NCBI GenBank assembly: GCA_965277805.1
Contig: OZ255842.1
Coordinates: 4,256,001-4,320,000 of the forward strand
Length of the DNA: 64,000 bases
Direction of reading: 5' to 3'
Source of the DNA: Candidatus Lustribacter sp.
GTDB lineage: Bacteria; Vulcanimicrobiota; Vulcanimicrobiia; Vulcanimicrobiales; Vulcanimicrobiaceae
Shown: one piece after another, positions 1-8,953 of the stretch
Layout of the letters: each line of letters begins with the position of its first letter
How positions within the stretch are numbered: position 1 is the stretch's first letter
Notes under the pieces: generated by a model
What the model was told of the DNA's origin: nothing
Databases searched by the model: none
Seen by the model: only the letters and a program-made list of their open reading frames with translations
Program-made: the position numbers and the translations under genes

Positions 1-451
1 CGCGGAGTCGATGCGCCTCTACCCGCCGGCCTGGATCCTCGGGCGGCGAGCCGTCGAGGACGCGCCGCTGGGCGAGTGGACGGTGCCGAAGGGCTCGATC
101 GTGCTCATGAGCCAGTGGCTCACCCATCGCGATCCCCGCTTCTGGCCCGAAGCGGCAGCGTTCCGCCCGGAGCGCTGGTCGACCGGCGAGACCGCCCATC
201 TGCCGAAATTCGCCTACTTCCCCTTCGGGGGCGGCAATCGGGTCTGCATCGGCGAGGCCTTCGCCTGGACCGAACTGATCCTGGTCCTGGCCACGATCGC
301 TCGCCGCTGGAGCTTCACCCCCACCCCCGGCTCGCAAGCCCTCGGCCCCCAGCCCTCGGTCACCCTGAGGCCCGCCGGCCCGGTCGTCTTGGCACCCCGA
401 GCTTGTCGAGGGGCAGCGGTTATCGGCAAGCTTGGCGGCGGCAGCCCCTGA
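1..451 (+). CDS. Cytochrome P450, C-terminal part (5' end outside window)
   Basis: ExxR motif (ESMRLYPP), PERW, and heme-binding FPFGGGNRVCIG. Confidence 0.93.
   Translation, partial: AESMRLYPPAWILGRRAVEDAPLGEWTVPKGSIVLMSQWLTHRDPRFWPEAAAFRPERWSTGETAHLPKFAYFPFGGGNRVCIGEAFAWTELILVLATIARRWSFTPTPGSQALGPQPSVTLRPAGPVVLAPRACRGAAVIGKLGGGSP
391..413 (+). repeat. Short REP-like palindromic unit, family B, inside the P450 3' tail
   Basis: GGCACCCCGAGCTTGTCGAGGGG matches the reverse complement of 22545-22567 at 18/23 positions. Confidence 0.35.
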
Positions 452-470
452 CAGCACGGAGTGACGAAAC

Positions 471-499
471 TTGTCGTCGGACCGCCGTCCTGGTATACT
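471..499 (+). promoter_or_regulatory. Sigma70-type promoter of rpmA (extended -10, near-leaderless transcript)
   Basis: TTGTCG (471-476), 17-bp spacer, TGG-TATACT (494-499); ATG 9 nt downstream with no Shine-Dalgarno. Confidence 0.6.
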
Positions 500-508
500 C
501 CCTTGGCT

Positions 509-787
509 ATGTTCAAATTTGATCTGCAGCTGTTCGCGTCCAAGAAGGGCGCCGGCTCGACGCGGAACGGCCGCGACTCGAACGCGCAGCGTCTGGGCGT
601 GAAGCGCTTCGGCGGCCAGGCCGTCGTGCCGGGCAACATCATCATCCGTCAGCGCGGGACGAAGTTCTATCCGGGCGTCGGCGTCATGATGGGCAAAGAC
701 CACACGATCTTCGCGATCGTTGAAGGTCAGGTCAGCTTCACGACCTCGCGGAACCGCAAGCATATCAACGTTATCGCGGCCGGCTAG
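509..787 (+). CDS. rpmA: 50S ribosomal protein L27 with N-terminal extension
   Basis: [36 protein letters not shown]...IIRQRGTK; start placed at ATG 509. Confidence 0.97.
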   Translation: MFKFDLQLFASKKGAGSTRNGRDSNAQRLGVKRFGGQAVVPGNIIIRQRGTKFYPGVGVMMGKDHTIFAIVEGQVSFTTSRNRKHINVIAAG

Positions 788-788
788 T

Positions 789-851
789 GGATTATCGGCA
801 GCCTTCGCTGCCGCTAATCCTTCGCGTTTGGGTGCTCCGCACCCAAGCCGC
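789..851 (+). repeat. Double-hairpin REP-like element, family A, copy 1
   Basis: GGATTATCGGCAGC-CTTC-GCTGCCGCTAATCC followed by GCGTTTGGGTGC-TCC-GCACCCAAGCCGC; same frame as 10153-10200 and 61648-61695. Confidence 0.7.
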
Positions 852-856
852 ACCTT

Positions 857-886
857 GAGAGCCGAAGGGCTCTCTTTCATTTTTTG
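857..886 (+). terminator. Rho-independent terminator after rpmA
   Basis: GAGAGCC-GAAG-GGCTCTC stem followed by TTTCATTTTTTG, abutting the obgE start. Confidence 0.7.
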
Positions 887-2164
887 ATGCAATTTATCGA
901 CGAAGCAGCGATCACGCTCGAAGCCGGCAACGGCGGCGACGGCATCATCGCGTGGCGGCGTGAGAAATACGTGCCGAAAGGCGGCCCGGCCGGCGGCGAC
1001 GGCGGACGCGGCGGCGACGTGTTTCTCGAAGCGACGCCCAACGTCGGCACGCTGGTCGATTTCCGTTTCAAGAAAGTCTTCCGCGCCGATTCCGGCAACG
1101 CGGGTTCGCAAAACAACAAGTCGGGCAAAGCCGGCGACGATCTGATCATCCCGGTGCCGGTCGGAACGCTCGTGTATCGCGCGCCGATCGATGCCGAGGG
1201 CGTTGCCGGCGTGGAACGGCTCTTCGCCGACATGAGTGAGCCGATGCAGCGCACGCTCGTCGCGAAAGGCGGCCGCGGCGGTCTCGGCAATCAGCACTAC
1301 GCTACGTCCGCGCGCCAAGCGCCGCACTTCGCGGAAAAAGGCGACAAGGGCGAACGCTGCACGCTGCGTCTCGAATTGAAGCTGCTCGCCGACGCCGGTT
1401 TGATCGGGCTGCCGAACGCGGGCAAGTCGACGCTGCTCTCGGTCGTCTCGGCGGCGCGGCCGAAGATCGCCGACTATCCGTTCACCACGCTCGAACCGCA
1501 ACTCGGCGTCGTGCGCATCGATGAAGAATCGTCGTTCGTTCTCGTCGACGTCCCCGGTTTGATCGAAGGCGCGAGCGAAGGCGCCGGGCTCGGCGACCGT
1601 TTCTTGCGCCACGTCGAGCGCACGCGCGTGCTGATCCACTTGATGGACGGCGCGAAACCGCTCGACGAACTGCTCGCCGACAAAACGATCATCGAAAACG
1701 AACTCGCCGCGTGGAATCCCGCGCTGCCGCACAAGCCGACGATGCTCGTCGTCACCAAACTCGATTTGCCCGACGCGCGCGCGACCTTCGAAGTGTTGCG
1801 CGAACAGTTTTCCGGCGTGCGCGGCATTTCGGCCGCCACCAACGAGGGCGTGCGCGAGCTGATGTATGCGGCGTGGGAAATCATTCGCGCGCTGCCGCCG
1901 CCCGACGTGTCCGCGCCGGAATCCGCCGTGCACGATCTGCGCCCCGACGAACCGTTCGAAATTCGCGTGGAAGACGGCATCTACGTCGTCAGCGGAGATC
2001 GCGTGGAGCGGCTCGCGCAGATGACGGATTTCGAGTCCGACGAAGCTCTGGCGCGCTTCGAGCAGATCCTCTCGAAGATGGGCGTCACGAAGAAGTTGCG
2101 CGAATTGGGCGTGCACGACGGCGATACGGTGCGGATCGCAGGCGTGGAGTTCGACTACAGTTGA
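884..2164 (+). CDS. obgE: GTPase ObgE/CgtA with C-terminal OCT domain
   Basis: FIDEA...GNGGDG...GGDGGRGG Obg fold; G1 GLPNAGKST, IADYPFTTL, DVPGLIEGA, TKLD; C-terminal GDTVRIAGVEFDY. Start may be ATG 887. Confidence 0.97.
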   Translation: MMQFIDEAAITLEAGNGGDGIIAWRREKYVPKGGPAGGDGGRGGDVFLEATPNVGTLVDFRFKKVFRADSGNAGSQNNKSGKAGDDLIIPVPVGTLVYRAPIDAEGVAGVERLFADMSEPMQRTLVAKGGRGGLGNQHYATSARQAPHFAEKGDKGERCTLRLELKLLADAGLIGLPNAGKSTLLSVVSAARPKIADYPFTTLEPQLGVVRIDEESSFVLVDVPGLIEGASEGAGLGDRFLRHVERTRVLIHLMDGAKPLDELLADKTIIENELAAWNPALPHKPTMLVVTKLDLPDARATFEVLREQFSGVRGISAATNEGVRELMYAAWEIIRALPPPDVSAPESAVHDLRPDEPFEIRVEDGIYVVSGDRVERLAQMTDFESDEALARFEQILSKMGVTKKLRELGVHDGDTVRIAGVEFDYS

Positions 2165-2760
2165 GCCTCGGGATCTTCGGCGGCTCGTTCGACCCGGTCC
2201 ACAACGGGCACCTCTTCGTCGCCGAAGCGGTGCGTGAGGCGTGCGGTTTGGAGCGCGTGCTGTTCGTGCCGACGCGTCAAGCAAACCATCGCGCGAATCC
2301 GCTCTCCGCATCGGCACTCGCGCGCGCCGACATGATCCGTCTGGCCATCGCCGCCAACACGGCGTTCGCACTTGATGAAACCGACATGGCCGACGACGCG
2401 ACCGGGTTCACCGCCGATCTTTTGCCGCGTCTCGCCCAACGCTATCCCGCTGAAGAGCTGACGTTCATCGTCGGCGGCGATTCGCTCGTGCACTCGCACT
2501 GGGAGCGGCTCGATGCGATCCTCGACCAGCTCGGCGCATTCGTCATTGCGCCGCGCGGCGACGTCACGCAAACCGAACTCGACGCGGCCCTCGCCGGACT
2601 GGAACCCGTCCGGCGCGCAAAGATCCGCTATCTCGACCTGCCGCTCGTGGCCGAGTCGGCAACGTTGATTCGCGCGCGCTTGGCCGACCGGCGCAGCGTG
2701 CGTTATCTCGTTCCAGAACCGGTCTTCCGCTACATCAAGGAACACGGACTCTATCAATGA
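2161..2760 (+). CDS. nadD: Nicotinate-nucleotide adenylyltransferase
   Basis: GIFGGSFDPVHNGH, FIVGGDS, SATLIR...RYLVPEPV-YI-EHGLY; TTG start overlaps the obgE stop (C-terminal part of ORF 1711..2760). Confidence 0.95.
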   Translation: MSLGIFGGSFDPVHNGHLFVAEAVREACGLERVLFVPTRQANHRANPLSASALARADMIRLAIAANTAFALDETDMADDATGFTADLLPRLAQRYPAEELTFIVGGDSLVHSHWERLDAILDQLGAFVIAPRGDVTQTELDAALAGLEPVRRAKIRYLDLPLVAESATLIRARLADRRSVRYLVPEPVFRYIKEHGLYQ

Positions 2761-3980
2761 TCGATGGCGCAATCGGCGGCGTGCCCGCACGCGAACTCGC
2801 CGCTAGCTACGGCACGCCGCTGGTCGTAATCGACACCGAAAGCGTGGATCTCGAGATCGACGCGTACGTGCGCGCGTTCGCATCGCGCGGCATCGCGGTC
2901 GGTTATGCCGCCAAAGCGTTTCTCGTTACGGCGATGGCCGAGCTGCTGGCGGCCACGCCGTTGCGGCTCGACGTGTGCTCGCTCGGTGAGCTGATCACCG
3001 GCGAACGCGGCGGATTCCCCGCCGGCCGCATGTATTTTCACGGCGTCGCGAAGACCGCAGCCGAACTGCGAGCGATTGCCGACGGACGCGTGGCGTTCGG
3101 CGTGATCGATAACGCCGAAGAGATGGAGCGGCTTGCACTCTTGGCGAGCGCGCAAGCGCCGGTCAATGTGATGCTGCGGATCAACACCGGCATCGAAGCG
3201 CACACGCACGAGTTCATTCGCACCGGCGGCGAAAATACGAAGTTCGGTATTCCCGAGCGCGAGGCGCACGACGCGATCCGGCGCATCGCGGCGCTGCCGC
3301 AATTACGGCTGATCGGCCTGCACTCGCACGTCGGCTCGCAGATCGTCGACGTCGAACCGCTGGTCGCCAATCTCAGTGCACTGCTGCCCTACGCCGACGC
3401 CGCGCGCGCGCTCGGACTGCCGGTCGAGGAACTGAATCTGGGCGGCGGCATCGGGATCGAAAACGCGCCCGGCGACCCTCGCCCGATCGACCTCGAGGCC
3501 TTCGCCGAGCGGCTCGCGACCCGGGCTGCCGGCACGCCCTATCGGCTCGCGATCGAACCCGGCCGGGCCCTCGTGGCGCGGGCCGGCAGCCTGCTCTACC
3601 GGGTGATCACGGTCAAACGCCAGGGCGCGCGGCGCTTCGTCGTCGTCGACGGCGGCATGACCGACAACCCCCGGCCGCTGCTCTACGGTGCCCACCACCC
3701 GGCCGACCTCATCGCTTCGGACGCGAATGGCCGCCCGGCCCCCGCGACGCTGGCCGGGCGGTCGTGTGAAAACGACGAGATCGGCGAATACGAGCTCCCC
3801 GAGGACGTCCGCGCCGGCGACTTGGTCGCTATGCGCTATACGGGCGCCTACACGTTCAGCATGTCGAGCAACTACAACCGCTTCGGCAAACCGGCCGTGG
3901 TGTTCGTCCGGGATGGTACGCACCGGCGCGTGGTGCGCGGTGAATCCGAGGAAGAAACGTCGCGCTTCGATCTTGCGTAA
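2757..3980 (+). CDS. lysA: Diaminopimelate decarboxylase
   Basis: YGTPL, YAAKAF (PLP Lys), KFG, HSHVGSQI, LNLGGG, IEPGR, GRSCEND, GAY-SMSSNYN. Confidence 0.93.
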   Translation: MIDGAIGGVPARELAASYGTPLVVIDTESVDLEIDAYVRAFASRGIAVGYAAKAFLVTAMAELLAATPLRLDVCSLGELITGERGGFPAGRMYFHGVAKTAAELRAIADGRVAFGVIDNAEEMERLALLASAQAPVNVMLRINTGIEAHTHEFIRTGGENTKFGIPEREAHDAIRRIAALPQLRLIGLHSHVGSQIVDVEPLVANLSALLPYADAARALGLPVEELNLGGGIGIENAPGDPRPIDLEAFAERLATRAAGTPYRLAIEPGRALVARAGSLLYRVITVKRQGARRFVVVDGGMTDNPRPLLYGAHHPADLIASDANGRPAPATLAGRSCENDEIGEYELPEDVRAGDLVAMRYTGAYTFSMSSNYNRFGKPAVVFVRDGTHRRVVRGESEEETSRFDLA

Positions 3981-4013
3981 AAGATGACGGCGCAAACAAT
4001 TTTGCACCATTGC

Positions 4014-4043
4014 TTGCGCTGTCTAAGAATCGCCGACTAGAAT
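4014..4043 (+). promoter_or_regulatory. Putative sigma70 promoter of the maf-mreBCD-mrdA operon
   Basis: TTGCGC (4014-4019), 18-bp spacer, TAGAAT (4038-4043) in an AT-richer intergenic gap. Confidence 0.45.
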
Positions 4044-4079
4044 CGCAGTATCGCAAACGAACGCACCGATCTCGAGACC

Positions 4080-4670
4080 GTGGGGCTCGCGAGTGCGTCG
4101 CCCCGGCGACGTGAATTGCTGTTATCGCTCGGTCTCGACGTCGAACTCATCCCGACGTCATACGACGAAGTCCCGTTAGCCGGCCGCTCCCCGATTGAGA
4201 CGGCCCTGGTTCATGCGCGGGGCAAAGTCGCCGGCGCGGCGCCGTCGGCCTACCTGACGATCGGGGCGGATACGGTCGTCGACCTCGACGGCCAAACGCT
4301 CGGCAAGCCGCATAGCGACGATCATGCTCGGGAAATGCTGGCCGCGCTCAGCGGCCGCACCCACGAAGTCCACACGGCGTTTGCCCTGCGCGAGCCCGCC
4401 GGCCGCATCGCGGTCGTCGAGGCCGTCAGCACCCGCGTGCGTTTTGCCGAGCTCGACCGGGCCACGATCGACGCCTACGTCGCCAGCGGCGACGGGCGCG
4501 ACAAGGCCGGCTCTTACGGAATCCAGGGCTTCGCCGCAACGCTTGTCGAGCGCATCGACGGCGACTACTTCACCGTGGTGGGCTTTCCGCTCGGCGCCTT
4601 CGCCCGCGCGGTTGCGCGCCTAGGCTTCCGCCTGCTGCCTCGCCCCTCGCTCGCGGGGAACCTCGCGTGA
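4080..4670 (+). CDS. maf: Maf family nucleoside triphosphate pyrophosphatase
   Basis: LASASPRRRELL, GADTVV, LGKP, LSGRTHEV, DKAGSYGIQG, GDYFTVVGFP; start uncertain (see findings). Confidence 0.95.
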   Translation: MGLASASPRRRELLLSLGLDVELIPTSYDEVPLAGRSPIETALVHARGKVAGAAPSAYLTIGADTVVDLDGQTLGKPHSDDHAREMLAALSGRTHEVHTAFALREPAGRIAVVEAVSTRVRFAELDRATIDAYVASGDGRDKAGSYGIQGFAATLVERIDGDYFTVVGFPLGAFARAVARLGFRLLPRPSLAGNLA

Positions 4671-5758
4671 GCATTTCGTCCTCGCTGCGGTCGACGATCA
4701 GCCCCGACATCGGCATCGACCTCGGCACCGCCAACACCGTCATCTACGATCGCGATGCCGGCATCCTCGTCAGCGAACCGTCGGTCGTCGCATTTCAACG
4801 CAGCGACCGTTCGGTTGTCGCGGTCGGCAATGCCGCCAAAGTGCTCGACGGCCGCGCGCCCGGCCGCATCGACGTGGTCCGGCCGCTCCGGGGCGGCACG
4901 ATTTCCGATTTCGTCGGCGCGCACACGCTGATCACGACGATGATCGACCGGGCCCTGGCTGCCCGGCCGCGGATCGCGCCGCGCATCATCGCTTGCGTGC
5001 CGGGCTGCGCGACCGACATCGAGTGCAAAGCGATCGAAGAGGCCGTTCACGCGGCCGGTCCCCGCACGACGATCTTCGTGCCGCAGGCCGTTGCCGCGGC
5101 CATCGGTGCCGGGCTTGACGTGACGAGCACCCGCGGCCGCATGGTGATCGACATCGGCGGCGGCACGACCGAGATCGCCGTGCTCGCGCTGAGCGGCATC
5201 GTCGCGATGCATTCGATCAAGATCGGCGGCGACACGTTCGACGCCGCCGTCAGCGCGAAGCTGCGCAACGACGAGCGTTTTTCGGTCGGCATCTTAACGG
5301 CCGAGCGGCTGAAGATCGAACGCGGCTACGCCGGGCGGCCGCCCGGACGCGAGCCGTATTCCGTGTCGGGTATCGACATGAATCTCATGCGTCCCGGACG
5401 ACGCGACGTCGACGAGCGGCTCGTCGGCGAAGCGATGCACGACGCGATCGATGCGATCGTGCGCGCGGCTTGGTCGATCCTTGAAGCGACCCCGCCGGAC
5501 CTCGCCGCCGACTTGATGGAAACCGGTATTACGCTGACCGGCGGCGGCGCGCTGATTCCGGGACTCGCAGGCGAGATAAGTGTCCGCACGAACGTTCCGA
5601 CAACGGTTGCGGACGAACCGCTTCTTGCCGTCGCGCGGGGCGCCGGCGAAATTCTCGCGTCGCCGAGCCTGCTCGAGCACATGCGTCCGCATGCCGACCG
5701 GCTGACGAGGTGGTACCAATCTTTACGTATCGGGATGACAGAAAGCTTTTCGCGGTAG
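4667..5758 (+). CDS. mreB: Rod shape-determining protein MreB (divergent)
   Basis: IGIDLGTANT, EPSVVA, RPLRGGTI, AAAIGAGL, DIGGGTTE, LTGGGAL; directly upstream of mreC. Confidence 0.88.
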   Translation: MSISSSLRSTISPDIGIDLGTANTVIYDRDAGILVSEPSVVAFQRSDRSVVAVGNAAKVLDGRAPGRIDVVRPLRGGTISDFVGAHTLITTMIDRALAARPRIAPRIIACVPGCATDIECKAIEEAVHAAGPRTTIFVPQAVAAAIGAGLDVTSTRGRMVIDIGGGTTEIAVLALSGIVAMHSIKIGGDTFDAAVSAKLRNDERFSVGILTAERLKIERGYAGRPPGREPYSVSGIDMNLMRPGRRDVDERLVGEAMHDAIDAIVRAAWSILEATPPDLAADLMETGITLTGGGALIPGLAGEISVRTNVPTTVADEPLLAVARGAGEILASPSLLEHMRPHADRLTRWYQSLRIGMTESFSR

Positions 5759-6528
5759 CCGGCGCGATTATCGTCGCCGCACTGCTTCTGCTTCTGCAAC
5801 TCGATTTTACCCGCGCCGGCCGCGCCAGCCCGCTCACCGTCGTCATCACCACCGTTACGGCGTGGGCGCAACTCGCAACGTCGTTCGTCACGAACGGCAC
5901 GCGCGACGGCATCGGAGCGGTCGTCAACGCGCCGCAACTGGCGCGCGAAAACGCGGCTCTGCAAACCAGCGTCGCGCAATTGACCGATGAGAACCGTAAG
6001 CTGACCGAAACGCTCGCTCGCGTTCCCGCCGAAGCAGCGCTCGCGCGCGCGCAGATGAGCTACCCGAACGGCATTCCGGCGAGCGTGATCGGCTTCGATC
6101 CGGAGAACGCGCTGCACGAGATCACGATCGATCGCGGCGCCAAAGATCATCTGCACACCGACGACGGCGTGATGACCGGCGACGGCGTCGTCGGGCGCGT
6201 GGTCGAAGTCGATCCGCTCTCGTCGAAGGTGCTGCTGATCAACGATCCGACCAGCCGGCTCACCGCGCAAGTGCAGCGCGGCCGCTGGTGGGCGATCGCG
6301 GTCGGCACGCTCACGCGCGTCAAACTGCGCTACATCTCGCAGGACGCGAAGCTGCACGTCGGTCAGGAAGTCGTCACCGGCGAAGGCCGCTCGTTTCGCG
6401 CCGGGGTTCCGATCGGCCGCATCCTAACGCTCGAGCCGATGAACGCCGGGGCGCTCGATCAGTCCGCGATCGTCGAGCCGGCGGTGAACCTCTCGGCCCT
6501 CACACGGGTGCTCGTTGTTCAGAAGTAG
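5710..6528 (+). CDS. mreC: Rod shape-determining protein MreC
   Basis: N-terminal TM, coiled coil (LARENAAL), ITIDRG, GVVGRV, SKVLLI, VVTG...GVPIG, IVEPAV. Confidence 0.93.
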   Translation: MVPIFTYRDDRKLFAVAGAIIVAALLLLLQLDFTRAGRASPLTVVITTVTAWAQLATSFVTNGTRDGIGAVVNAPQLARENAALQTSVAQLTDENRKLTETLARVPAEAALARAQMSYPNGIPASVIGFDPENALHEITIDRGAKDHLHTDDGVMTGDGVVGRVVEVDPLSSKVLLINDPTSRLTAQVQRGRWWAIAVGTLTRVKLRYISQDAKLHVGQEVVTGEGRSFRAGVPIGRILTLEPMNAGALDQSAIVEPAVNLSALTRVLVVQK

Positions 6529-7054
6529 CTATCGGTCGATCGAAATCGTTAGCGGTCCCTCGTTCTGGCGTGCCGCCGGCTGCGTGGCGCTCGGCTTGTT
6601 CGTGCAGACGGTGTTCGCGCCGCTGCTCGTCGTGCGCGGCGGCATTCCGTCGTTCGTCACGATCGCGGTCGTGCTCTACGCGCTGCGTTTGGGTGCCCGG
6701 CGCGGTGCGCTGTTGGGCCTCGTCGCGGGCGTCTTGACCGATGCGGTGGCCGGGACCGGCGGTGCGTGGACGCTCGCGTATACGCTGCTGGCGCTGGTGT
6801 GCGGCGGCATCACGCGCGGCTTTTTTGCCGACGGCGTCGTGCTGCCGAGCTTGTTCGTCGGTGCGGCGGTCATCGTACGCAGCGCACTGTTCTGGTTCAT
6901 CATGTCTACTGAGGGCTATCCGCGCGGCTACGGTGGGGTGCACTTGCACGCTGCGCTCGAATCGGGCGTGCTGACGGCCGTTTACGCGTTCGTCTATCTG
7001 TTATTCCGCTCGCGCTTCGGCGGCGAACCGACCCGCATCGAACGCTACGCGTGA
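6515..7054 (+). CDS. mreD: Rod shape-determining protein MreD
   Basis: Hydrophobic multi-TM protein with IPSF and GLVAGVLTD motifs, between mreC and mrdA; start approximate. Confidence 0.85.
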   Translation: MFRSSYRSIEIVSGPSFWRAAGCVALGLFVQTVFAPLLVVRGGIPSFVTIAVVLYALRLGARRGALLGLVAGVLTDAVAGTGGAWTLAYTLLALVCGGITRGFFADGVVLPSLFVGAAVIVRSALFWFIMSTEGYPRGYGGVHLHAALESGVLTAVYAFVYLLFRSRFGGEPTRIERYA

Positions 7055-8913
7055 AGCCCTATCGCGCCCGCTCCAACGCGCGGCTGATCGCGTTCATCGC
7101 CGTGCTCACGATCGCACTGATCGCGATCGTCGTGCGCCTGGCACAAGTGCAGCTCGTCCAAGGTGAAACGTTCGCGTCGGCCGCGCGTGCCAATCAGATC
7201 CAACTCATCCCGACCTCCGCGCCGCGCGGGCTGATCGTCGATCGCAACGGGGTGGTGATGGTGCGCAGCCGGCCGTCGTTCGTCTGCGCGCTCATCCCCT
7301 CGGAAGTGGTGCACATCGACGACACGCTGCACCAGCTCTCTGCCGTGCTGCACATCGACGAAGCGAAACTGCGCCACCGGCTCTATCACCATCTCGGCGT
7401 GAACTACGAGAACTTCGACCAAGTACAAACCTACGAGCCCAACGGTCCGATCATTCTCGCGAGCGACCTGACGCCGGCCCAAACCGCGCAGCTCGCCGAG
7501 AGCGAGTCGTCGATTGCGGGCGTCGATCTCGAAGAGCAGCCGGTGCGCAACTACCCGATGGGCACCACCGGCGCGCAAGTGTTCGGTTACGTCGGCGCGA
7601 TCACCGAAGACGAATTCCGCGCGCGCAAAAACGAAGGCTACTCGCCCAACGACGTCGTCGGCAAAGACGGCCTCGAACAAACCTACGACACGTGGCTGCG
7701 CGGACGACTGGGCGGCCAGCAGATCGAGGTGAATTCGTCGGGCGTGCTCGTGCGGCGCCTGAAGCCGGTCGATCCGATTCCTGGCAACACGCTCGTCACG
7801 ACGATCGACGCGCGCCTGCAGCGCATCGTCGACAAGGATCTGCGCGCCGAACTCGCCCTGCGCGCGAAGGCGCTCGGCCACCGCGTCGCCGGCGCCGCCG
7901 TCGTGCTCGATCCGTACACCGGCGGCGTGATGGCGCTGGCGTCGTACCCGACCTACGATCCGAACGATTTCGCGACGCCGATCAGCGCGCGCAAGTTCGC
8001 GCACTACATCGACGATCCGCTGCAGCCGCTCTACAACCGCGCGATCGGCGCGGCGTCACCGACCGGCTCGACGTTCAAGATGGTCACGGGTTCCGGCGCC
8101 ATCTCGTCCGGCGTGATCGGCAAGGATCAGATCCTCTACGACTCGGGCTCGTGGAACTGCCACGGCGTGCTGTTCAGCGACATCGTCTCGGGCGGTCTGG
8201 GCACGACCGACTTCGTCAAGGCGCTGGCCGCCTCGTCGGACGGCTACTTCTACCAGCTCGGCTACCGGCTCGGGCACGAACGCCTGCGCTACTACGCGCT
8301 GCAGTACGGTCTGGGCTCGCGGCTCGGAATCGATCTGCCGGGCGAGTACCCCGGCAACTGGCCGACCGAGGCCTGGACCCAAGCCACTTTCGGCAAGGGC
8401 TACCACCTCGAGCCGAGCGACGTCTGCCAGCTCGCGATCGGACAGGGGGCGATGCAAGCGACCCCGCTGCAGATCGCCAACGTGCTCTCGACCGTGCTCA
8501 ACGGCGGCACCCTTTACCGGCCGCACATCGTCGAGGCGGTGCGCAGCCCGCGCGGCAAGGTGCTCAAGTCGTTCGACCACGAGGTCATCCGCGAGGTCAA
8601 TGTGACCCGCGAGGCCCTGCGCGAGGTCAAGGCGGGGATGGATCAGGTCACGAGCCCGATCGGAACCGGCTACGGCCTGGCGATTCCCGGCATTCCGCTT
8701 GGCGGCAAGAGCGGCACCGCCGAGACCGGCGTCGGCGGCAGCGGAAAGAACACGACCTGGTTCGTCATGTACGCGCCGGCGCCGCACCCCAAGATCGCGA
8801 TGGCCGTGTACGTGGAAAAGAGCGGCGGCTACGGCGCCAGCACCTCCGGCATCGTGGCGCAGCACATCGTCGCCGATTACTTCGGGGTCAAGATTTCGCC
8901 AATTGGCCCATGA
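7051..8913 (+). CDS. mrdA: Penicillin-binding protein 2
   Basis: TM anchor, APRGLIVDRNG, RNYP, GKDGLE, transpeptidase GSTFK (SxxK), SSD, KSGT. Confidence 0.94.
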   Translation: MKPYRARSNARLIAFIAVLTIALIAIVVRLAQVQLVQGETFASAARANQIQLIPTSAPRGLIVDRNGVVMVRSRPSFVCALIPSEVVHIDDTLHQLSAVLHIDEAKLRHRLYHHLGVNYENFDQVQTYEPNGPIILASDLTPAQTAQLAESESSIAGVDLEEQPVRNYPMGTTGAQVFGYVGAITEDEFRARKNEGYSPNDVVGKDGLEQTYDTWLRGRLGGQQIEVNSSGVLVRRLKPVDPIPGNTLVTTIDARLQRIVDKDLRAELALRAKALGHRVAGAAVVLDPYTGGVMALASYPTYDPNDFATPISARKFAHYIDDPLQPLYNRAIGAASPTGSTFKMVTGSGAISSGVIGKDQILYDSGSWNCHGVLFSDIVSGGLGTTDFVKALAASSDGYFYQLGYRLGHERLRYYALQYGLGSRLGIDLPGEYPGNWPTEAWTQATFGKGYHLEPSDVCQLAIGQGAMQATPLQIANVLSTVLNGGTLYRPHIVEAVRSPRGKVLKSFDHEVIREVNVTREALREVKAGMDQVTSPIGTGYGLAIPGIPLGGKSGTAETGVGGSGKNTTWFVMYAPAPHPKIAMAVYVEKSGGYGASTSGIVAQHIVADYFGVKISPIGP

Positions 8914-8953
8914 CGGGCGATTTTTGTGGCCACGTCGAACAATAGCCGTTCCC

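Noticed and set aside
1711-2160. Long N-terminal extensions in the ORF track for nadD, recF, trpS, thiE, mnmG, gyrB, the metallophosphoesterase and the ligase
   Set aside because: They overlap neighbouring genes; family motifs begin at downstream starts coupled to the previous stop. Not real fusions.
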